A stretch of DNA of 55,962 nucleotides, from IMG/VR virus record IMGVR_UViG_3300017971_000057. One strand, written 5' to 3'. The translations under genes were made by a program, and so were the position numbers. The DNA is from a virus. This document shows positions 33,285 to 43,513 of this stretch, in pieces (positions within the stretch are counted from its first letter, which is position 1; every line of letters begins with the position of its first letter). The notes beneath the pieces are model-generated. The model had not been told where the DNA came from. It worked only from the letters and a program-made list of their open reading frames with translations, and did no database searches.

Positions 33285-36103
33285 TGGGCACAATTCCCTA
33301 TCGACAATTCATTCTCTCCGACGGCACGACCGACGCCGACAGCGGCATCTTGCACGCGGTAGACCTGCTCGACCGCGTGAACGGCTTTTGCATCACCGAA
33401 TGGGCAATGCGCACCGCCGAGACGAAAGGCGGCGGGGTGTGGGCTGACAGCGCGCTGGCCGATGGACGATTCCTCAAAGTCTCCAAACTCGGCAACGTGC
33501 AAGAGGTGCTGACCGTCGAGATCACCGACTTTGACGCCGACGGATTGGCTGACCGGCTGCACCTGCTCTACAACCTCTTGGAACAGGCGCGCAACTGGGG
33601 GCCGTCGGGGTGGTCGACCACGCCCGTGTGGATCGAGGCGGTCGGGGTCAACGAGTCCAACGTGCGGTATGCGCTGGTCCATGACTACCGTACACCGGGT
33701 GCGGGCAACCCGTTCGGCCAGCCGTTCTGGCAGACCGTGATCCAGTCGGGCATCTCAGAGTTCGAGATCGTCTTGGAGCGAGAGCCAGCCTGGCGCGGCA
33801 ATTACCCCGGTGATTCTGATTGTGTGGAAATCAGCGCAATGCAAGAGATGTGCGCAATTTACCCACTGGAGTTCGACGGCGCGACCTCATTTGTCACGCT
33901 AGGCAACCCTGTTGCGTTGCAGAATATTCCAAGCGCAGGGGATATGACTGTCGATGCCTGGGTCTATGTCGAGGGATGGGGATCAAACAACGTCGGAATC
34001 ATTTCGGCAAAAGGACCGTGGAATGCTGTAGGGTGGGACTTTTTTATCGACAATGCGAACGGGCTGAGTGGGCGATGCCTCTATAACACACAGGATGCTC
34101 TCTCTCGTTCTGGTCTGGACGAGTTCACGACAACTGAGTTCGACGCTTGGCACCACCTCGCAATGGTATTCAACAACAGTGGCGACAACAAAATCTATCT
34201 CTGGATCGACGGTACGCCGATCTCATCATACACTACGCAGAATGATGCCCAAGGTGTGTATGACGCGGACACAGCAGAGACGTGCTATATCGGCTGTGCC
34301 TCTCCTGCTGGTGGAACCGGTGACTTTGATGGCCTGATCGGGTGGGTTCGGATCGCAAGCTCGGCGCTCTATACGCCTGGGGTAGCATTCACCGTACCCG
34401 AGCGATGCGTGATTCCCTCCGGGCCAACGGTGGAATGGGTTGGCATTCACGAGGGTTACGGGACGACGATCTACGACCTGAGTCCAAACAGCAACGATGG
34501 CACGGTCTCTAATACAGTCTGGGGGGATTGCTGCTCAATCATCTATGGCAATTACGATCCGGTGAGCGATTCGCGTGAGACGAGCTGCGATCCAGAGTTT
34601 ACCTATATCGCCAACAAACACAATACCATCGGCCTGACGCATATCTTTGTAGAGGACGGCGGCGCATTCGGGGCCAACCTGCTCGCCAACGATCCACCCT
34701 ACAGCCTATTGCCTGCCGTCCCGGCGGCGAATGACCGAGTGTATTTCGGGATCGATAGCACTGTAGCCAACGCGGGTCCGTTCTGCTCGCTGGTATTCGA
34801 TCTATCACAGGAGCAGGCAGATATTGCGGATATTGACTGGGAGTTCTGGAACGGTGCGGCGTGGGCCGCACTTACCGTTCAGGACAACACCGATCAGAAC
34901 GGCGCGATGACTGGCGCGGCTTTTGACACGACGGGCGTTCACTCGCTGCACTGGGCGCAAGACCCGAGCTGGTCCATCTCGACCGTCAACGGCGTGACGG
35001 CGCTCTGGGTGCGGGCTGAGGTGCAGGACGCTGGCACGCGGCCACCGATCCAGCAGAATCGGCATGTGTATACGGTTCTCTGGCCGTTCTTAGAGATACA
35101 GAAAGACCATCTGAACGGCAACGTGCCTGCACTGGCGCGGGTCTACCTGGAGAACCAGAGTAACAACAACTCAAACTTAGACCTGTACTACAACCGGGTG
35201 CTGATGGGATTGCGGAGCATAGCGCGCGGGGAGTATTTCTCGCCGTACATCAACTTGACCTCTTCTGCTTCTGACCAACAGTTCATTTCCCTGGCTGACG
35301 ACGCGACGGTACGCATTGTGCCCGCCGCCATCGGCGGTCTCGTAAACGATGTCACGACGCCGACGGGCAAGGCGATCACGCTGACGGGGCCAGCTGCCGT
35401 ATCGGCAGGCGTGGCGGTTGTGCTAGAAGGCACGGATGCCGTGGAGCAATATCAGGGCGTATTCCATCTGTACGTGCGAGCGTACCAGACAAGTGGTTCG
35501 GTAGGCGCGATTTCGTTGCAGACTTGGGCAAGTACATATACGCCAGGCACAACCGAGAACCAGGCTGAGGCGTTCTTTATCTCGGACTGGATGGAATTTG
35601 AGACGACGGATGATTGGCAGCTTCTCGACTTTGGCCAGATCAACATCGACACAGCCTATGGTAACTTCGATAGTTCAGCACTCATCTTCCGCATCGATGC
35701 CGACGGCGATGGGACGGGGCAGGCTACACTCTATGATATGATCCTGCTGCCTGTAGACGAGTGGGCTGCCGACTGCATAGACACGGCCAATACGGTGAAT
35801 ACTTTTGCAGGCAATCGGAACAAGACGGTGCGAAGTCAGGTTGTCAACGCCGACAACGTATCCGATCCGCGACGCTGGCACGTTTCGGTTCATTCGTCCG
35901 CCGACGATGTGCTACGCGCCAACTGGCAGGGCATCGCACCAGAGGGGCCGGTCCTGTTACCCGACACGCGGCAACGTCTTTGGGTTTGTAGCACACGCTA
36001 TTACTCGGCCTCGACGTTCGATCAAAAGTCGGAACCTTGGGTATGCGGCTCGATCCAGAACTGGGCGACCGAGCGTTATCTGCTGATGCGAGGCGACAAG
36101 TGA
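33284..36103 (+). CDS. Distal tail / baseplate protein with an embedded LamG module (939 aa)
   Basis: Follows the tape measure gene. LEFDGATSFVTLGNP...DMTVDAWVYVEGWG...WHHLAMVFNN. Confidence 0.6.
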   Translation: MGTIPYRQFILSDGTTDADSGILHAVDLLDRVNGFCITEWAMRTAETKGGGVWADSALADGRFLKVSKLGNVQEVLTVEITDFDADGLADRLHLLYNLLEQARNWGPSGWSTTPVWIEAVGVNESNVRYALVHDYRTPGAGNPFGQPFWQTVIQSGISEFEIVLEREPAWRGNYPGDSDCVEISAMQEMCAIYPLEFDGATSFVTLGNPVALQNIPSAGDMTVDAWVYVEGWGSNNVGIISAKGPWNAVGWDFFIDNANGLSGRCLYNTQDALSRSGLDEFTTTEFDAWHHLAMVFNNSGDNKIYLWIDGTPISSYTTQNDAQGVYDADTAETCYIGCASPAGGTGDFDGLIGWVRIASSALYTPGVAFTVPERCVIPSGPTVEWVGIHEGYGTTIYDLSPNSNDGTVSNTVWGDCCSIIYGNYDPVSDSRETSCDPEFTYIANKHNTIGLTHIFVEDGGAFGANLLANDPPYSLLPAVPAANDRVYFGIDSTVANAGPFCSLVFDLSQEQADIADIDWEFWNGAAWAALTVQDNTDQNGAMTGAAFDTTGVHSLHWAQDPSWSISTVNGVTALWVRAEVQDAGTRPPIQQNRHVYTVLWPFLEIQKDHLNGNVPALARVYLENQSNNNSNLDLYYNRVLMGLRSIARGEYFSPYINLTSSASDQQFISLADDATVRIVPAAIGGLVNDVTTPTGKAITLTGPAAVSAGVAVVLEGTDAVEQYQGVFHLYVRAYQTSGSVGAISLQTWASTYTPGTTENQAEAFFISDWMEFETTDDWQLLDFGQINIDTAYGNFDSSALIFRIDADGDGTGQATLYDMILLPVDEWAADCIDTANTVNTFAGNRNKTVRSQVVNADNVSDPRRWHVSVHSSADDVLRANWQGIAPEGPVLLPDTRQRLWVCSTRYYSASTFDQKSEPWVCGSIQNWATERYLLMRGDK

Positions 36104-37305
36104 GCGTCTACCGTTCTGTAGGGCTGTCCATTTCAGCGTTCAAGCCGTCCATCGACACGAGCACACCCTTGTACACCCCTAACGGCACACTGATCACGGA
36201 CCAACTTGGGCAACAGGTGGACAGCTACGATCACGAGATACTGGCCAATGGCGGGTTCTGGTCGGCGCGGATGACATTTAGCGATGTGCGCCAGGTACTC
36301 GAATCGTGGTTTGCCCAGGGTCTCAACCGGCACATTGAGGTCTATGGTCCAGAATTGACGACGGTGTGGGAAGGGTTCGTCAACCAGATCACCTACTCGG
36401 CAGGTACACTGACCGCCGTCCACGGGCCGGTGATGCAGGTCGGCAACCGGGTCAGCGTGACGTACACGCCCATTCTCGACGCTACGACCACGCCGCCGAC
36501 CGTGGGCACGCAGACCACGACCACGATTCAGGACGACGACGACAGCCGGGCGCTCTATGGCGTGCTAGAAACGGTTCTCAGCCAGGGGCAGCTCTTGGAC
36601 GACGGCACGACAGACGAGGCCGAGCAGATACGAGACACGTTTCTGGCGGAGAATGCGTGGCCGCAGAGCAGCGAAGAGCTGGGGTTGGGCGACACGAGCA
36701 CACCGTCGATCACGCTGGACTGCTTGGGCTACGTGCATCGCCTACAGCGATACGTGATGCAGGACACCACGGCGGCGACGGTGCAGATCAGCAACGACGA
36801 CGGGACAGGCAAGGTACAATTGGCCCTGGCCGATGACCCGAACGGGATGTTCTCGACGGACTATAGCAAGACGGTGGATAACGCCTTCTTGACCTCGCGC
36901 TACGAGAACGACAACAGGATGGCCTGGGACGTGATCACGGACCTCGTTGGCGTGGGCGATGTGAACGACGCGCGCTATACGTTCGGGGTCTACGAGGACC
37001 GGCGGGCCGTCTACACCGCTGTGCCGACCGATGTGCAGTACCAGCATCGCATCGGCGGCGCGGGCATGCGCCTGGAGCGGTACGGGAGCGGACAGGAGAT
37101 TATGCCCTGGCTGGCGCGGCCTGCGCGATGGTTGTTTTTGCCTGACTTTTTGACCGGGCAGACTGTGCCCGCGACGATGCGCAGAGACCCGCGTCACATT
37201 TTCGTAGAGAGCGTGCGCTACAGCGCACCGTGGGGGCTACAGATCAGCGGGGACAAAGTAGGTCGGCTGGATCAGATGTTAGCAAAACTTGGAATGAGGG
37301 GGTAG
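36100..37305 (+). CDS. Tail/baseplate protein
   Basis: GTG 36100 overlaps the upstream TGA (GTGA). The track start 36037 lies inside the previous gene. Confidence 0.5.
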   Translation: MSVYRSVGLSISAFKPSIDTSTPLYTPNGTLITDQLGQQVDSYDHEILANGGFWSARMTFSDVRQVLESWFAQGLNRHIEVYGPELTTVWEGFVNQITYSAGTLTAVHGPVMQVGNRVSVTYTPILDATTTPPTVGTQTTTTIQDDDDSRALYGVLETVLSQGQLLDDGTTDEAEQIRDTFLAENAWPQSSEELGLGDTSTPSITLDCLGYVHRLQRYVMQDTTAATVQISNDDGTGKVQLALADDPNGMFSTDYSKTVDNAFLTSRYENDNRMAWDVITDLVGVGDVNDARYTFGVYEDRRAVYTAVPTDVQYQHRIGGAGMRLERYGSGQEIMPWLARPARWLFLPDFLTGQTVPATMRRDPRHIFVESVRYSAPWGLQISGDKVGRLDQMLAKLGMRG

Positions 37306-38127
37306 ATGACCGGCACAACCATTCGACGCGGGGACGTGATGAAAAGCCGCAGCGGAGAGTTGCAGAACCGGCACGACGGCACGTTTGCCTGGAAAACGGC
37401 AGTGGCCGCTGGCCTGAACCTGCCCGGCCTGCGCGGGCTCTGGACAATGGGCAGCTTTGACGAGAACGGCGACCAGTACGACCTATCCGGTCAAGGGCGC
37501 ACGCTCTCCTACAACGGCAACCCGACCTATTCAAACGACGGGCTGATCCCGTATCTCGCCTTGGACGGCACGGGCGACTACCTCAACCGCGCCGACGAGG
37601 CCGGGCTGGACACTCTCGGCACCGAGACGTACATTGCAGCGGCACAGCGCGGCTTGACGTTGGGCGGCTGGTTTCGGTTTGACCGCTTGACGGCAGCCGA
37701 GTTCTTGATCGGTAAAGGGACTGTGATAACAGCCACAAGTTCGTATTGGCTTCTGTTCCGGGGTGACATTGCGGGTGATCCGATCCGGTTTCAAGTGAGC
37801 GACGGGGCGGCGGTGGACACAGTTGATCTGAACCTGACCACTGCCCCGACAACGGCTACTTGGACCTTTGTCTGTGGGCGCTACGATCCGAGCACCGAGA
37901 TCAAGGTGTGGGCCAGTCAAGGCACGCTAGAGAGCAACACCAACGCAGTCGGTATCCCAGCGGCGCTGAACAACTCGGGGGCCGACTTTACCATCGGCGC
38001 GCCGAGCGGTGCAGCGGGCAACCTGTTAGATGGGCAAGTCGGGCTCTGCTTTCTCTCGACGATGCTCCTGTCCAACACCATCGTATCAGCGTTCTACCAC
38101 CACACGCGTGCGCTGTATGGCATATAG
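37306..38127 (+). CDS. LamG-domain tail fibre-like protein
   Basis: YLALDGTGDYLNRAD...LTLGGWFRFD...WTFVCGRYD. Confidence 0.6.
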   Translation: MTGTTIRRGDVMKSRSGELQNRHDGTFAWKTAVAAGLNLPGLRGLWTMGSFDENGDQYDLSGQGRTLSYNGNPTYSNDGLIPYLALDGTGDYLNRADEAGLDTLGTETYIAAAQRGLTLGGWFRFDRLTAAEFLIGKGTVITATSSYWLLFRGDIAGDPIRFQVSDGAAVDTVDLNLTTAPTTATWTFVCGRYDPSTEIKVWASQGTLESNTNAVGIPAALNNSGADFTIGAPSGAAGNLLDGQVGLCFLSTMLLSNTIVSAFYHHTRALYGI

Positions 38128-38135
38128 GAGGCACT

Positions 38136-39170
38136 ATGAACCTACCGGGCACCTCACCGCTCATCTATGGCTGCCACGAGCCGATGCCCAGGGACGTGAT
38201 GCCGCGCGGGTGGATTCTCTTCCTAGTCGAGGTGGGGGACAACGCAGAGCCACATCCAGGCAAAGACTACGGCGAGTGGGAGCGCGACGGCTACGGCATC
38301 ATCTGCCGCATCCAGTACCGCTGGGGCTACCAGGCCGGGACGCTGCCCCGCGCCGACAAGTTGGACGCCTACGTGCAGCGCGTGCGCACGCTGGTGCAGA
38401 ACTCCAAGTTTTGCCATAGGTGGATCATCGGCAACGAACCGAACCTGTCCATTGAACGTCCCGACGGCTGGAAGTTGTCGCCTGCCTACGTGGCGCTCTG
38501 CTACAACGAGTGCTGGGATGCGATTCACGCCTTGCCCGGCCACGAGTTCGACGAGGTGCTAGTGCCGCCCATCGGCCCCTGGAACGTGGAATCAGGACCA
38601 TGGATCGACTATTTCAAGCAGCTCGCCACCGACTGCGCGCACGTGGACGGGTTCGCCATCCACACCTACAGCCGCGGCCCGGACCCGGCCAGCATCACGT
38701 CTGAGGATCGCATGAGCGCGCCTTACCAGGCATACCACAACGGATTCCGCACCTACCGCGACTGGCTGGCGGCGGTGCCCGACAAGTACAAGGACCGTCC
38801 AGTCTACTTGACCGAGACGAACCAGAACGGCCCGTGGCTCGATCAGCGCAACGGGTGGATACCGGTGATGTACCAGGAGATCGACGGCTGGAACCAGAGC
38901 GGCAAGCAGGCCATTCGCTGCGCGTGCCTCTACCGCTGGCCGAAGTACGACCAGTACGCCATCGACGGCAAGGGGAACGTGATCGCGGACTTCCAGCAGG
39001 CGCAGCAAGCCGGGTATCGCTGGCCCACGGAACCGGAACCGCCCGAACCGCCTAATGACCTGGAGGCGCGGGTGACGGAACTGGAGGCACAGGTCGCGGG
39101 ACTGGGGCGCGGGCTGGCAGAGGTAGAGCGACGAATGGCGGCGGCGGGCGGAGCATTGAAAGGAGATTGA
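38136..39170 (+). CDS. Clan GH-A (TIM-barrel, GH5-like) glycoside hydrolase with C-terminal coiled coil; endolysin or depolymerase candidate
   Basis: AGGAGG 38126-38131 upstream of ATG 38136. WIIGNEPN (acid/base NEP) and VYLTETN (nucleophile E) motifs. Confidence 0.65.
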   Translation: MNLPGTSPLIYGCHEPMPRDVMPRGWILFLVEVGDNAEPHPGKDYGEWERDGYGIICRIQYRWGYQAGTLPRADKLDAYVQRVRTLVQNSKFCHRWIIGNEPNLSIERPDGWKLSPAYVALCYNECWDAIHALPGHEFDEVLVPPIGPWNVESGPWIDYFKQLATDCAHVDGFAIHTYSRGPDPASITSEDRMSAPYQAYHNGFRTYRDWLAAVPDKYKDRPVYLTETNQNGPWLDQRNGWIPVMYQEIDGWNQSGKQAIRCACLYRWPKYDQYAIDGKGNVIADFQQAQQAGYRWPTEPEPPEPPNDLEARVTELEAQVAGLGRGLAEVERRMAAAGGALKGD

Positions 39171-39952
39171 GCATGAGCATCAACATCGACAAGCTGAACG
39201 TACACGCCGACTTTTACAATGCCGTGGCGCAAGGCTACAGTTGGCCGCAGGACGTTGAACCGCCAGAGGAGGAGCCCTTGCTCAATCCATCGTTTGAATT
39301 GCCCTACGTCGAGGCACCCGGACTATCCACCGTCAAGGTCGCCCACGACTGGCACTATTTCGCCAGCAGCGGCGCGCCACCCCTGTCCGGCGGCAGCTCG
39401 GGACCGTGCCAGTTGCCAGAGTACAAGCCGGCGCCCAAGTCGGTGGACCCCCGGCGCGTGCTTGACGGCGATACGGCGCAATGTTGGTTTATTCGTTGGA
39501 AGGTGATGGACGGCGGGGTATACCAGCGCGTTCAGGCCACTGTCGGCGCGGTCTACCAATTCAACGTGGCGGCGCAAGCGTGGTGCAGCAACGGGGACGA
39601 TCCTGCCGTGAGCGATGGGGAGCTGTACGCCTCGTTGGGCATCGATCCCAACGGTGGCACGGACGCATTCGCGCCGGGCATCGCCTGGACAGAGTGGGAG
39701 TGGATCGGTGCGGAATACAAGCGCCTGGGCAGCCACAAGGTATTGGCGGGCGCTGGGCAAATCACGCTCTTTATCCGCGCTGCGAACAAGTGGGCGCTGT
39801 CGCACAACGATATCTATGTGGACGATGCGCACTTGACTGAGGAGGGCGGCGGCCCTGGTCCTGAGCCGGGCGAACCTGTGGACTATGACCGGATACGCCA
39901 GATCGTGCGTGAGGAACTGGCGGCGCGCAATCCCGTGGTGTGGCCGGGATGA
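39167..39952 (+). CDS. Carbohydrate-binding-module-like protein
   Basis: ATGA coupling to the glycosidase; beta-sandwich-like composition. Assignment is tentative. Confidence 0.45.
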   Translation: MSMSINIDKLNVHADFYNAVAQGYSWPQDVEPPEEEPLLNPSFELPYVEAPGLSTVKVAHDWHYFASSGAPPLSGGSSGPCQLPEYKPAPKSVDPRRVLDGDTAQCWFIRWKVMDGGVYQRVQATVGAVYQFNVAAQAWCSNGDDPAVSDGELYASLGIDPNGGTDAFAPGIAWTEWEWIGAEYKRLGSHKVLAGAGQITLFIRAANKWALSHNDIYVDDAHLTEEGGGPGPEPGEPVDYDRIRQIVREELAARNPVVWPG

Positions 39953-40200
39953 TCCACCGTGATGGTCTCCCGCACGGCAACCGATGTCCGCACTGTTTCG
40001 AGCGGATGACTGCCGAGTTCTGCGTCTCCAACTCGGCGGGAACGGTCCACGTCTATGATTGCCCTGGGTGCTCGCATATGGAGGCCGTCTACGATCCACC
40101 ACATCGGTCGCAGATGCAGCACGGCGCGCTGCACGCCGTAGCCGGAATGCTGCGCGTGTTCGTGACCGAATGCCGCGCTATCTATGCGAGTCAGGAGTGA
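39940..40200 (+). CDS. Zinc-ribbon protein (CPHC...CPGC)
   Basis: ORF track. Confidence 0.45.
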   Translation: MAGMIHRDGLPHGNRCPHCFERMTAEFCVSNSAGTVHVYDCPGCSHMEAVYDPPHRSQMQHGALHAVAGMLRVFVTECRAIYASQE

Positions 40201-40484
40201 TGATGACGGACGCCAAAACGACAAGCGAGATTCAGACCATCACCGGTGCTGCCATCGTGCAGCAGTCGGCGCTCTGCGAGGCGAAGCGCGAGAACCTGGA
40301 GGATCGGCTGGCCGACCTGGCCAGGACGGTAGCGGCGAACGCCTCGAACATTACGGCATTGACGGCGACGATGGGCACGATCAACAACGAGATCGTGAAG
40401 TTGAAAACCAGGCCGGCGATCTGGGCATTCGCCGGGGCCGCGCTGCCGGTCATCGTGCAGCTATTTCTAGAGTGGAGACAGTAA
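40200..40484 (+). CDS. Holin-like / lysis-associated protein with a C-terminal TM helix
   Basis: GGAG upstream. ATG 40200 overlaps the upstream TGA. C-terminal AIWAFAGAALPVIVQLFL. Confidence 0.45.
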   Translation: MMTDAKTTSEIQTITGAAIVQQSALCEAKRENLEDRLADLARTVAANASNITALTATMGTINNEIVKLKTRPAIWAFAGAALPVIVQLFLEWRQ

Positions 40485-40491
40485 AAGGAGT

Positions 40492-40719
40492 ATGACAATG
40501 AGTAGAGAGCTGTGGACGGTCATCATAGACGCGGTAGTATCCATCGCTATTATGGCCATCGGGATTTGGGTCGCGCCAGAGTACCGGGAGTTTGCGCTTG
40601 CTGTAGTCGCGGCGCTACAGGGCATTGCGGCGGCGCTGATCGTGCACTTTGTCGCAGAGCGCAAGGTTTCAGCGATGCGTATGGAGATTCAAAGCCTGCT
40701 GGGGCGACATCGTTCGTGA
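40492..40719 (+). CDS. Holin candidate (two TM helices, charged C-terminus)
   Basis: LWTVIIDAVVSIAIMAIGIWV and FALAVVAALQGIAAALIV; last gene of the late operon. Confidence 0.55.
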   Translation: MTMSRELWTVIIDAVVSIAIMAIGIWVAPEYREFALAVVAALQGIAAALIVHFVAERKVSAMRMEIQSLLGRHRS

Positions 40720-40786
40720 GGCGTTCAGGCTGTTCGTTCCAAGCCGGCGCTGATGAATGGCACGCGCGGCGGGTAGACAGCAAAGA

Positions 40787-40812
40787 GCGGGGCGACCATC
40801 CAGTCGCCCCGC
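40787..40812. terminator. Perfect 10-bp GC hairpin (GCGGGGCGAC-catcca-GTCGCCCCGC) between the convergent operons
   Basis: Read directly; no strong T tract on either side. Confidence 0.5.
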
Positions 40813-40963
40813 CTGCTTGAATTATGGTTCACGACGTTCCCCGTCCACCTGTGCCAGCACGTCGCGTAGCACGTCGGTGATTTCACCTCGGTGCCGCTCG
40901 GCCAACAGGCCGATGGCGTCCTGGCATTTTTCAGCAACTCATGTGGCAACTAACTCAACAATC

Positions 40964-40996
40964 CACTTGACTTCCGCTCTTCCGAGAAGTCAACTT
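40964..40996 (-). terminator. Hairpin overlapping the stop codon of the last leftward gene
   Basis: ACTTGACTTC ... GAAGTCAACTT, 9/10 complementary. Confidence 0.35.
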
Positions 40997-41301
40997 ATCG
41001 GAACCGCCCACTTGATGAGCTGGCCATAAAATGGCTTTCCGTCGGGCACAAAGAAATCATAAAACGCCACTGCGCTTTCAAAACCATCTGCTCGGGCGAT
41101 CCGCTCTACCTCATACTGCCACAACAGAAATATGTGCCATAGCACCACAGCGCCCATCCACGGCTCTACACCATTTGGCCGGCTGATCTCAATTGGGATG
41201 GCCTCTATACAATCGCTCTCTCCGAGTTTGCGACACGCTTTTGTCCGCATCCCTGTGTAGAGATACACCCGATCTCCAACCTTGAAAGGCCGCTTACGCA
41301 A
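40990..41301 (-). CDS. ASCH-like small protein
   Basis: FKVGDRVYLY...CIEAIPIEIS...IARADGFESAVAFYDFF pattern resembles ASCH domains (from memory). Confidence 0.4.
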   Translation of the reverse strand: MRKRPFKVGDRVYLYTGMRTKACRKLGESDCIEAIPIEISRPNGVEPWMGAVVLWHIFLLWQYEVERIARADGFESAVAFYDFFVPDGKPFYGQLIKWAVPIS

Positions 41302-41364
41302 AGCCCGGATAGACTGCGGTGCGGAGCACGTCGGACAGCTCCAGCATGTCGATGCACCTCCTTT

Positions 41365-41622
41365 CTATTCTCCCCCTGCCTTAGCGAGAGCGGCCTCTTC
41401 TTCCGCGAAATTCTTCACATCAAAGGCATCTTGTCTCTCCTGCCAGTCCGGCAACTGGTGGGGATGGATTGCTCCAATTGCCACCAGGGCCTCTCTTAGC
41501 TCGACGCGAGATTCGATCTTGCCCTCTCCACACGTCTCAACTTTTATAACAAAAAACTGCGTTCCCACTTTATCGAGCCTTTCTGCGTCTATGCCGCGTA
41601 TCCTCAATCTTAGAAGGGGCAC
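41365..41622 (-). CDS. Hypothetical protein
   Basis: ORF track. Confidence 0.45.
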   Translation of the reverse strand: MPLLRLRIRGIDAERLDKVGTQFFVIKVETCGEGKIESRVELREALVAIGAIHPHQLPDWQERQDAFDVKNFAEEEAALAKAGGE

Positions 41623-41660
41623 CGCTGCGAACGGTGCCCCCGAAACCGCCCTCGGTTAGT

Positions 41661-42698
41661 CTAGCCGACCAGGCCCTTCTCTGCCTGGTGTTCGACCATA
41701 TAGGCCCATAGATCGGCCCAGGTGGGTTGCGGATCGTTTGACCACAACCGATCTTTCACCTTGGATGCGTGCGCCGGGTTGTCGTAGCCCAGCTCGTCAA
41801 CGGCCCGCTTGAAGAATGTGGTCCAATCGTTCTCCTCTGGCGGGATCAAGAAGGGCGGCAAAACCTCCTCCTCGTCTCGCTTCTCCTCCAGAAATTCATC
41901 CCCCTCGATCAGTTCTCCGTCATAGTCCAGGTCCGGCGGCGGCTCGTCTTGCCCGTCGCCGACGATGATTACATTATCTGGCTCCCGATCCGGCTCAGGC
42001 AACGCGGGCACGTCCTCTTTCGTGCCCAAGAGCAGGCGGACCATTTCGTCCTCTTGCAGCTCCAGGTGCAGTAGGCTTTTCTCGACGGCGGCCCGCTTGC
42101 CCTTGATGGGCACGCCGATCCGCTCGGGTGCCCGCCAGAGCGTAAACGGCTTTTTGATCAGCGGCTCCCACTGCACGAGCTTGGCGCTCAGATTGGCGAT
42201 GTCGTTGATCGAGGTGGTCATCACCAGCACGATCCCGATGTGCCCAGCATACAAAAGTTCGGGCAGGACCACCTTGAGGCGTCCATAGTATCCGCACGGG
42301 CAGTCCGGGCATTTGTTGGCCACGTCCTTGAACTTGAAATCGCACGGCCTGCCGCGCTCGCTGTGGTAGTGCTTGTCGTCCTCGATCCAGTCGATCCAGT
42401 TCTCTCCATCACAACGCAGCTTACACAACCGATTCTGCCCGTATGCCTCGCGGTAGGAGCTAAACACCTGCTCCATCCGTGGAAACGGGAAGTAGACGGT
42501 CAGTCGCTCGGGTTGCTCACCGTAGGCCACCTTGAACGCCTGCGCGATGTCCTGCCGCCCGTTGTCCGGCACAAAGCGGAAATAGTCGAGGTCCGCGCCG
42601 GGCCGGTTGCCCGTCTTGCTGGCCCCTTTGCGCAAGCGCCCGATCTCCTTGAAGCGGGGGTCCACACTGTCTCTGTCTGAAAGTCCCTTGATTGGCAT
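41661..42698 (-). CDS. Conserved-looking early protein (345 aa), Cys-rich core plus acidic linker; possible DNA-binding/recombination function
   Basis: FKEIGRLRKG...LDYFRF, CPDCPCGYYG, acidic DEPPPDLDYDGELIEGDEFLEE. No family could be assigned by eye. Confidence 0.5.
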   Translation of the reverse strand: MPIKGLSDRDSVDPRFKEIGRLRKGASKTGNRPGADLDYFRFVPDNGRQDIAQAFKVAYGEQPERLTVYFPFPRMEQVFSSYREAYGQNRLCKLRCDGENWIDWIEDDKHYHSERGRPCDFKFKDVANKCPDCPCGYYGRLKVVLPELLYAGHIGIVLVMTTSINDIANLSAKLVQWEPLIKKPFTLWRAPERIGVPIKGKRAAVEKSLLHLELQEDEMVRLLLGTKEDVPALPEPDREPDNVIIVGDGQDEPPPDLDYDGELIEGDEFLEEKRDEEEVLPPFLIPPEENDWTTFFKRAVDELGYDNPAHASKVKDRLWSNDPQPTWADLWAYMVEHQAEKGLVG

Positions 42699-42713
42699 CT
42701 GTCCATTCTCCTT

Positions 42714-43169
42714 TTACAGTTCGTACAGGTCCGCGATAGCCTCATCGGCCCCGATGTCCAGTGGTTCGCTCTCTGGAAAGAGCGCGGCTAGCTCGTCGGG
42801 CAGGTTGTCGAGAATGAGATAGTATTCCCGGCATTGCTGATCATAGAGCCACTGAGGAATAAAATCCCGCGTGCCGCAGTCGGCGCACTCGGCCCAGTCC
42901 CGTGTCACGCCGTCGATCCGCTCGATGTGATGCACCGGCACGCCGCCGCATTCGCGGCACACGTACCACTGCTTGAGCGTGGCGTAGGTGACGAACTTTG
43001 CGCCGACAATACAGCCGCGGCGATCAAAGTCGCGGGTGTGCAAGTAGACGTCCATCAACCTTGATCCACCCATTCTCTGAGTTTTGCCCTCAGGAGCGCG
43101 CTGATATTCACGCTCTCCCGGCGGGCCTTGTCTATCACCCCCCGCGCCAAAGCTGATCATCTCGGTCAC
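42714..43169 (-). CDS. Hypothetical Cys-rich protein
   Basis: GTG 43169 overlaps the upstream TGA (GTGA). An alternative ATG is at 43055. Confidence 0.5.
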   Translation of the reverse strand: MTEMISFGAGGDRQGPPGEREYQRAPEGKTQRMGGSRLMDVYLHTRDFDRRGCIVGAKFVTYATLKQWYVCRECGGVPVHHIERIDGVTRDWAECADCGTRDFIPQWLYDQQCREYYLILDNLPDELAALFPESEPLDIGADEAIADLYEL

Positions 43170-43513
43170 CTTCTCACCTCCAGTGCCTCTCTCACCGTCT
43201 CCAGCGCGCTCCCGTCATCGAGCATCCCGCTTGTAAACTCCAGCACCATCCAACCGTCCAACTGCGCGCGGTTGGCTCGCGCCCGGTCCTGACTGTAGCC
43301 CGGCTCGCGACTGTGGCGGCCCAGCCCCCGCGTGCCACCTTGCACCTCGATCAAGACTAGCCACGGCTCGGGGTAGGCAAAGTCCCAGCGGTGGCCGCGT
43401 AGCTCGACTTGATGCGCGGGCAGCGGTAGGCCGGCCTGCTCAAGCTGCGTCCAGAGGAGCAGTTCAAGACGCGACTCGCGGGCCATTATGGCGGGGTCGG
43501 GGAGGGTGGTCAT
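43166..43513 (-). CDS. Vsr/DUF559-like restriction-endonuclease-fold protein
   Basis: HRWDFAYPEPWLVLIEVQGG... pattern. ATG 43513 overlaps the upstream TGA (ATGA). Confidence 0.55.
   Translation of the reverse strand: MTTLPDPAIMARESRLELLLWTQLEQAGLPLPAHQVELRGHRWDFAYPEPWLVLIEVQGGTRGLGRHSREPGYSQDRARANRAQLDGWMVLEFTSGMLDDGSALETVREALEVRR

Noticed and set aside
40822-40935. Possible small minus-strand gene remnant (…AEKCQDAIGLLAERHRGEITDVLRDVLAQVDGERREP) between the convergent operons
   Set aside because: The protein-like frame has a stop immediately upstream and no canonical start or RBS. It may be a decayed gene fragment, but I cannot support it as a feature.
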